The translations under genes were made by a program, and so were the position numbers. Positions 59,118 to 64,000 of a stretch of 64,000 bases of DNA are shown here, piece after piece. The stretch covers positions 1,637-65,636 of the forward strand of contig DATFVB010000073.1 of assembly GCA_035260525.1 (NCBI GenBank), read 5' to 3'. The stretch comes from Thermoanaerobaculia bacterium. GTDB lineage: Bacteria > Acidobacteriota > Thermoanaerobaculia > UBA5066 > DATFVB01. The notes under the pieces were generated by a model, which was given only the letters and a program-made list of their open reading frames with translations, searched no databases and was not told where the DNA came from. How positions within the stretch are numbered: the stretch's first letter is position 1; each line of letters begins with the position of its first letter.

Positions 59118-59644
59118 CAGCGGACCTCCGCCCGTTTTCGCGCCCCCGGCGCTCCGGCGCGGAGGGGCCGCGGCGCTTGCCGCGCGCGTTTCCTCAGCCT
59201 CGCCATCTCGATGGCCGCCTCCGCCGCTTCGCGGCCGGCGTTTCCGGCTCGCCCCCCCGCGCGATCCATCGCCTGCGCGTGATCGTCGCAGGTGAGGACG
59301 CCGAACGCGATCGGGACGTCCTGAGCGGCGTTCAACTGCGCGAGCGCGGACGCGACCGAGCGGGAGAGCACGTCGAAGTGCGGGGTGTCGCCGCGAATCA
59401 GGCACCCGAGGGAGACGACGGCCGAACGCGCCCGGCGGACTTCCCAGCGGCACGCGGAAACGAGCTCGAACGAACCGGGCACGCGGACGACCGCGACCTC
59501 GCGGGCCCCCGCGGCCCGGAGCACCGAGAGGGCCCCGTCGAGGAGACGCTCGGTCACGTCCGCGTTCCAGCGCGCCGCAACGACCGCGAAGCTCAATCCC
59601 TTCGCGTCCAGGGGTTCGCGGTCTGGCAATGACCCTTTTCGCAT
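59117..59644 (-). CDS. ribH: 6,7-dimethyl-8-ribityllumazine synthase
   Basis: VPGSFEL, GCLIRGDTPHFD. Classic ribH-nusB arrangement. Confidence 0.9.
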   Translation of the reverse strand: MRKGSLPDREPLDAKGLSFAVVAARWNADVTERLLDGALSVLRAAGAREVAVVRVPGSFELVSACRWEVRRARSAVVSLGCLIRGDTPHFDVLSRSVASALAQLNAAQDVPIAFGVLTCDDHAQAMDRAGGRAGNAGREAAEAAIEMARLRKRARQAPRPLRAGAPGARKRAEVR

Positions 59645-59707
59645 CCGGTGCGGGAGGATTGTAGCAGGGAGGAGACGGGCGCGACAGCGGCCGCGGCGCT
59701 TAGCCAC

Positions 59708-60691
59708 TCAGGCGGCGACGGGCGAGAACAATCCGGCCAGGTCCGCTTCCCCGAAGTTCTCCCGGAACCGGCCGAGGAAGTCGTCGGGCGAAAAGCGCGG
59801 CGGCTGCGGTCCGAGAGCCTCGAGGCAATAGACCGCCGCCACACTCGCGACGCGCCCGCTCAGGTCCCACGGATAGCCGCGGAGCATCCCCTTGAGCAGG
59901 GCGCCCCGATAGGCGTCGCCGACGCCGGTGGGATCCACCGCTTCGCCGCGCAGCCGCGCCGGAGGGATCTCGTGCCGGTCGTCCGGGGTGCGGATCGTCG
60001 ATCCTTCGGAGCCATGGGTGACGATCAACGCGCCGACCTCCGCGAGGAGGTCCTCCTCGGAAAGCCCGGTCTTCTGCGAAACGATGCCGAACTCGTAATC
60101 GTTGCAGATGAGGGCGGCGGCCCCTTCGAGGCCGTCCACGAGATCCGCGCCCGACAGCCGGGCGACCTGCTGGGAGGGGTCGTAGACGAACGGCACGCCC
60201 GCTTCCCGACACTCCCGCGGATACCGCGTCATCGCTTCGGGGTCGTTCGGCGACACGATCACCCAGGCGGGTCGGGCCTGTCCGTCGCCGACGAGCGAAA
60301 GCTCGCCCGCTCGCCCCATGGCGCCCGTGTAGAACGAGGCGATCTGATTCTGGTCGCGATCGGTCGAAACGAAAAACGAGGCGGTGAAGAGGTCGTCGTG
60401 GATCCGGAGACCCGAGACGTCGATCCCCTGGGCCGCGAGCCACTCCCGGTAGTCCGCCGCGTCCCGGCCCGCCGAGGCCACGATCCGCGGCCGCTCGCCG
60501 AACTGCGCCAGTCCGTACGCGATGTTCGGAGCGCATCCTCCGCGGACGCGGCGCATCTCGTCGACGAGGAAGGACACCGAGATCCGGTTCAGGCGGTCCG
60601 GGAGGAAGTGCTCGAGGAATCTCCCGGGAAACGTCATCAGGTAGTCGTACGCGACGCTCCCCGTGACGACGACGCTCCCGCGGCGCTTCAC
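59708..60691 (-). CDS. PfkB-family carbohydrate/nucleoside kinase (adenosine-kinase-like)
   Basis: GTG at 60691 (GTGA overlap). VVTGSVAYDYLMTFPG ... DPTGVGDAY. Confidence 0.8.
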   Translation of the reverse strand: MKRRGSVVVTGSVAYDYLMTFPGRFLEHFLPDRLNRISVSFLVDEMRRVRGGCAPNIAYGLAQFGERPRIVASAGRDAADYREWLAAQGIDVSGLRIHDDLFTASFFVSTDRDQNQIASFYTGAMGRAGELSLVGDGQARPAWVIVSPNDPEAMTRYPRECREAGVPFVYDPSQQVARLSGADLVDGLEGAAALICNDYEFGIVSQKTGLSEEDLLAEVGALIVTHGSEGSTIRTPDDRHEIPPARLRGEAVDPTGVGDAYRGALLKGMLRGYPWDLSGRVASVAAVYCLEALGPQPPRFSPDDFLGRFRENFGEADLAGLFSPVAA

Positions 60692-61542
60692 GGGAAGCGC
60701 CGTCCGAGAATCGGGGCGAGGTCGGCCCGGACGCGCCCGGAGATGTGCGCCGGGTCGGTCACGATCGCGTCGCGCAGCGCGTCGCGACAGGAGCAGCCGC
60801 GGCCGGGATCGACCCGGGAAACGGCGGTGAGCAGCGCCCGCTGCGCCATCTCGGCGTTCCCGCGGAGAACCCCGAGCACCATCTCCACGGAAACTTCTTC
60901 CGTCGCCTCGCGCCAGCAGTCGTAGTCGGTGACGAGCGCCATCGTCCCGTAGCAGATCTCGGCCTCGCGCGCGAGCTTCGCCTCGGTCAAATTGGTCATC
61001 CCGACGACGCTCGCTCCCCACGAGCGGTAGAGGTTCGACTCCGCGCGCGTCGAGAAGGGAGGGCCCTCCATGCACACGTACGTCCCGCCCTCGTGCACGA
61101 CCGCGCCCGCCTTTCGAGCGGACGCGGCGAGCGCCCCGGAGACCGACGGGCACACCGGATCGGCGAGCGAGACGTGCGCGACGATTCCGTCGCGGAAGAA
61201 CGTGTCGATCCGCGACCGGGTCCGGTCGATGAACTGGTCGGGAACACAGACGTGCGAGGGCGCGAGCTCCTCCCGGAGACTTCCGACCGCGGACGCGGAG
61301 AGGATCGCGTCGCATCCGAGCGCCTTGAAGCCGAAGACGTTGGCCCGGAACGGGATCTCCGACGGCGAGAGCCGATGGCCGCGGCCGTGCCGCGCGAGGA
61401 ACGCGACGGGCACTCCGGAGAGCGCTCCCAGTACGTAAACATCCGACGGGGCGCCGAAAGGGGTCGCGACCGTACGCTCCTCGCGGCCGGCGAGGGCGGG
61501 CAGGTCGTACAGACCGCTGCCGCCGAGGATCCCGATCCGCAC
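60688..61542 (-). CDS. mtnP: S-methyl-5'-thioadenosine phosphorylase
   Basis: GTG at 61542. IGILGGSGLY, HGRGHR, GMT. Confidence 0.9.
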   Translation of the reverse strand: MRIGILGGSGLYDLPALAGREERTVATPFGAPSDVYVLGALSGVPVAFLARHGRGHRLSPSEIPFRANVFGFKALGCDAILSASAVGSLREELAPSHVCVPDQFIDRTRSRIDTFFRDGIVAHVSLADPVCPSVSGALAASARKAGAVVHEGGTYVCMEGPPFSTRAESNLYRSWGASVVGMTNLTEAKLAREAEICYGTMALVTDYDCWREATEEVSVEMVLGVLRGNAEMAQRALLTAVSRVDPGRGCSCRDALRDAIVTDPAHISGRVRADLAPILGRRFP

Positions 61543-61570
61543 CGTCAGGCGACCCCCTTTCGCGGCGGCT

Positions 61571-62539
61571 TCACGCCACGACCGCGCGGCCCGTCGCCGC
61601 CGTCCTCTGGTGCTGCTCGATCGCGGCGCGGACGTCGAGCGCCAGCGCGAGGGCCGCACGCCCTTCCGACCCCGAGACCAGAGGCGCCGCCCCGCGGCAG
61701 GCCGCGGCGAAGGAGGCGAGCTCCCGGCGCAGCGGCTCCTCCTTGGCGACCGCAATGGAGGCCGGGACGATGGCGGGCTTCCCGTCGGGACCGGGCAAAA
61801 GGCGGACCGCGCCGATCTCCTGCGTTCCCATGTCGATCGACACGTAGTGCTCCGGCGCGAAGACGCGGAACTTCCGGACCTTGTCCACTGATACGCGCGA
61901 GGCCGTGAGGTTGGCGACGCAGCCGCCCTCGAACGCGATCCGGGCGTTGGCGATGTCGATCCGGGGCGTGAGCACCGCGACCCCCGCCGCGCGGACCTCC
62001 GCGACCGGCCGCGCGACGATCGCCTGGGCGATCTGCAGGTCGTGGATCATCAGGTCCAGCACGACGTCGACGTCGAGGGATCGCGCGGTGAAAACGCCGA
62101 GCCGGTGCGTCTCGATGAAACGGGCGCCCGCCGCGAGCGGCAGGGCCGCCTCGACGGCCGGGTTGAACCGTTCGATGTGGCCGACCTGGAGGACGACGCC
62201 GCGGCGCGCCGCGCGCGCGATCAGGTCGTCCGCCTCTTCCAGCGTCGCGGTCATCGGTTTCTCGACGAGCACGTGGCGGCCCGCGTCGAGCGCCGCGGCC
62301 GCCGTGTCGCGGTGCGCGACGGTCGGCGTGGCGACGACGACCGCTTCGCAGGAATCGATCAGCGCCTCGAGGGTGGGCGCCGCGGGGATCCCGAATTCGG
62401 CCGCCACCTCGGCCGCGCGCTCGGGCCGCACGTCGTAGACTCCCGCCGCCCGCACCCCCTCGAGCCCCGCGAGCACCCGCGCGTGGTGCCGCCCGAGCGA
62501 CCCGACGCCGGCGACGCCGATCGCGATCGGAGCGCTCAC
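61571..62539 (-). CDS. Gfo/Idh/MocA-family NAD(P)-dependent oxidoreductase (GnnA-like position next to lpxA)
   Basis: GVAGVGSLG Rossmann motif, EKP motif. Overlaps the lpxA stop. Confidence 0.85.
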   Translation of the reverse strand: MSAPIAIGVAGVGSLGRHHARVLAGLEGVRAAGVYDVRPERAAEVAAEFGIPAAPTLEALIDSCEAVVVATPTVAHRDTAAAALDAGRHVLVEKPMTATLEEADDLIARAARRGVVLQVGHIERFNPAVEAALPLAAGARFIETHRLGVFTARSLDVDVVLDLMIHDLQIAQAIVARPVAEVRAAGVAVLTPRIDIANARIAFEGGCVANLTASRVSVDKVRKFRVFAPEHYVSIDMGTQEIGAVRLLPGPDGKPAIVPASIAVAKEEPLRRELASFAAACRGAAPLVSGSEGRAALALALDVRAAIEQHQRTAATGRAVVA

Positions 62540-63309
62540 TTGTGCACCCCCCGTTTCGCCGACCGGACGAACCCGGCGACGTAGGACGCGTCGGGGTCGT
62601 CGGGGAACTCCTGCTCGATCCGCCCGAGAGCCTGCGAGGTGTTGAGCCTCGGCGAGGCGAGCAGCCGGAAGATGTCCTTCAAGCGCTCGATCCGCTCGTC
62701 GGAAAATCCCTTGCGCTTCAAGCCGATCGTGTTCACGCCGTACGTGCGGACCTCGTCGGTCCCGACGGTCTTGACGAACGGGAGGACGTCCTGCGACGCG
62801 CGCGTCATCGCGCCGACGAACGCGTGCCGCCCCACGCGCGAGAACTGCTGGACCGCGCAGAACGCCTCCAGGATCGCGTCATCGCCGATCTCGACGTGGC
62901 CGGCGAGCGCGGCGTAGTTGGCGAAGATCGTCCGCGATCCCACCCGGCAGTCGTGCGCGATGTGAATGTACGCCATCAAATAGTTGTCGTCGCCGATCAC
63001 GGTGACGCCGCCGCCCCCCACGGTCCCGCGATGGACGGTCAAATACTCCCGGAAGACGTTTCGCGCGCCCACGCGGAGCTCCGTCTTCTCGTCGCGATAC
63101 TTCAGGTCCTGCGGCGCGAGGCCGAGCGCGACGTGCGGGAAGATCCGGTTCCCCTCCCCGAAGAACGCCGGTCCCTCGATCACCGCGTGCGCGCCGACGC
63201 GGCATTCCGGCGAGAGCGTCACGAATTCGCCGATGACGGCGTAAGGTCCGATCTCCACCCCGCCGGCGATCTCGGCCTTCGGCGAGACGATCGCGGTCGA
63301 GTGGATCAT
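62536..63309 (-). CDS. lpxA: Acyl-ACP--UDP-N-acetylglucosamine O-acyltransferase
   Basis: Left-handed beta-helix hexapeptide repeats. MIHSTAIVSP N-terminus, catalytic His region. ATGA overlap with fabZ. Confidence 0.9.
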   Translation of the reverse strand: MIHSTAIVSPKAEIAGGVEIGPYAVIGEFVTLSPECRVGAHAVIEGPAFFGEGNRIFPHVALGLAPQDLKYRDEKTELRVGARNVFREYLTVHRGTVGGGGVTVIGDDNYLMAYIHIAHDCRVGSRTIFANYAALAGHVEIGDDAILEAFCAVQQFSRVGRHAFVGAMTRASQDVLPFVKTVGTDEVRTYGVNTIGLKRKGFSDERIERLKDIFRLLASPRLNTSQALGRIEQEFPDDPDASYVAGFVRSAKRGVHK

Positions 63310-63752
63310 CCGCGCGGTTTCTCGACGATCGAGGAGAAGATGATCGCCTCCGCGCACAGGTGGCCGTCGACGAGCGCGCGGCCGCGGGCCTTGCAGAGCC
63401 GGAGCTTGGTCGTGATGATCTCGACCTCGAGCCGCAGCTGGTCGCCGGGCACGACGGGGCGCCGGAACTTGCACGCGTCGATGCCGGTGAAATAGGGCAC
63501 GCGCTCCTCGCGGTCGGCGACCGAGGCGAGGAGGCAGACCCCGGCGGTCTGCGCCATCGCCTCGACGACGAGCACGCCGGGCATCACCGGGTTGCCGGGA
63601 AAATGCCCCTGGAAGAACTCCTCGTTGAAGGAGACGTTCTTCAGCCCCACGGCCCGCCGGCCGGGCTCCATCTCCAGGATCCGATCGACGAGAACGAAAG
63701 GATAGCGGTGCGGAAGGATCCGAAGGATCTCGTGGATCGACAGCTCCATCAC
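63306..63752 (-). CDS. fabZ: 3-hydroxyacyl-ACP dehydratase
   Basis: LPHRYPFLLVD, HFPGNPVMPGVL. Confidence 0.95.
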   Translation of the reverse strand: MMELSIHEILRILPHRYPFVLVDRILEMEPGRRAVGLKNVSFNEEFFQGHFPGNPVMPGVLVVEAMAQTAGVCLLASVADREERVPYFTGIDACKFRRPVVPGDQLRLEVEIITTKLRLCKARGRALVDGHLCAEAIIFSSIVEKPRG

Positions 63753-64000
63753 TCCTCCTTCGAACGCGCTTCGAGCGCGCGCACCCGGTCGAACAGCTCC
63801 GGCAGCCGGTCGGCCGCCGCCTCGCGCCGGAGAAAGTCGGCGTGCGGCTCGGCGGGCATGCCCGAGACGACGGCGCCGGGCTGGACCTCGCGCATGACGC
63901 CGGCCTGCGCCGATACCGTCGCGCCGTCGCCGACGACCATCCGGTCCGCAACGCCGACCTGCCCGGCGAGCGTCACCCCGCTCCCGATCTTCGCCGAACC
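63749..64000 (-). CDS. lpxD: UDP-3-O-acylglucosamine N-acyltransferase (C-terminal part only; 5' end beyond window)
   Basis: C-terminal hexapeptide region and tail. Gene order lpxD-fabZ-lpxA. Confidence 0.8.
   Translation of the reverse strand, partial: GSAKIGSGVTLAGQVGVADRMVVGDGATVSAQAGVMREVQPGAVVSGMPAEPHADFLRREAAADRLPELFDRVRALEARSKEE

Overview
This is a 64-kb chromosomal window of about 70% GC. It is densely packed with about 60 genes, mostly core metabolism and housekeeping. I found no transposases, integrases, CRISPR arrays, rRNA or tRNA genes.

Main recognisable content, in order along the window:
- A DNA polymerase X with a PHP domain, then an MFS exporter and a large secreted PIG-L/LmbE-type deacetylase carrying a ThuA-like C-terminal domain, followed by an APC permease.
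- tRNA-modification genes: tgt, mnmA and a cysteine desulfurase.
- A zinc-ribbon/FHA protein, and a very large secreted GWxTD + von Willebrand A protein of the kind typical of Acidobacteria.
- The conserved era, corC/CNNM, ybeY, 7TM-HD (PgpH-like) and phoH cluster.
- A Hanks-type Ser/Thr kinase, then the overlapping trio ddl, serA and a class-V aminotransferase.
- A DUF1343::MobB fusion and a PP2C phosphatase.
- A secreted zinc metalloprotease followed by a WbuC-type cupin.
- A PAS-GGDEF-EAL protein, mogA, moaC and nadE.
- leuS with lptE.
- An MCP-less chemosensory operon: cheY, cheA, a truncated cheW, a HEAT-repeat protein, cheR and cheB, resembling the Myxococcus Che7 type.
- nusB, ribH, a PfkB kinase and mtnP.
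- The start of a lipid-A cluster: a Gfo/Idh/MocA oxidoreductase, lpxA, fabZ and a partial lpxD.

The most unusual things I can actually see:
1. A family of GC-rich intergenic repeat elements of about 120 bp. There are at least five copies or partial copies between 11.6 and 14.7 kb and at 20.6 kb. They share a palindromic GCGTACGTCGA-like core, and the flanking stems covary between copies, which points to a structured RNA or MITE/REP-like element.
2. A tandem duplication of about 109 bp that repeats the 3' end of the GWxTD gene together with its terminator hairpin. A nearby 170-bp region is nested-palindromic.
3. A GTCGAAAG/CTTTCGAC octamer array forming a long inverted repeat between nadE and lptE.
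4. Widespread start/stop overlaps of the GTGA, ATGA and TTGA type, with many GTG and TTG starts.
5. An unlisted 58-codon ORF at 2740-2916 on the minus strand.

Every product assignment rests on motifs I recognise in the translations. No database search was possible.
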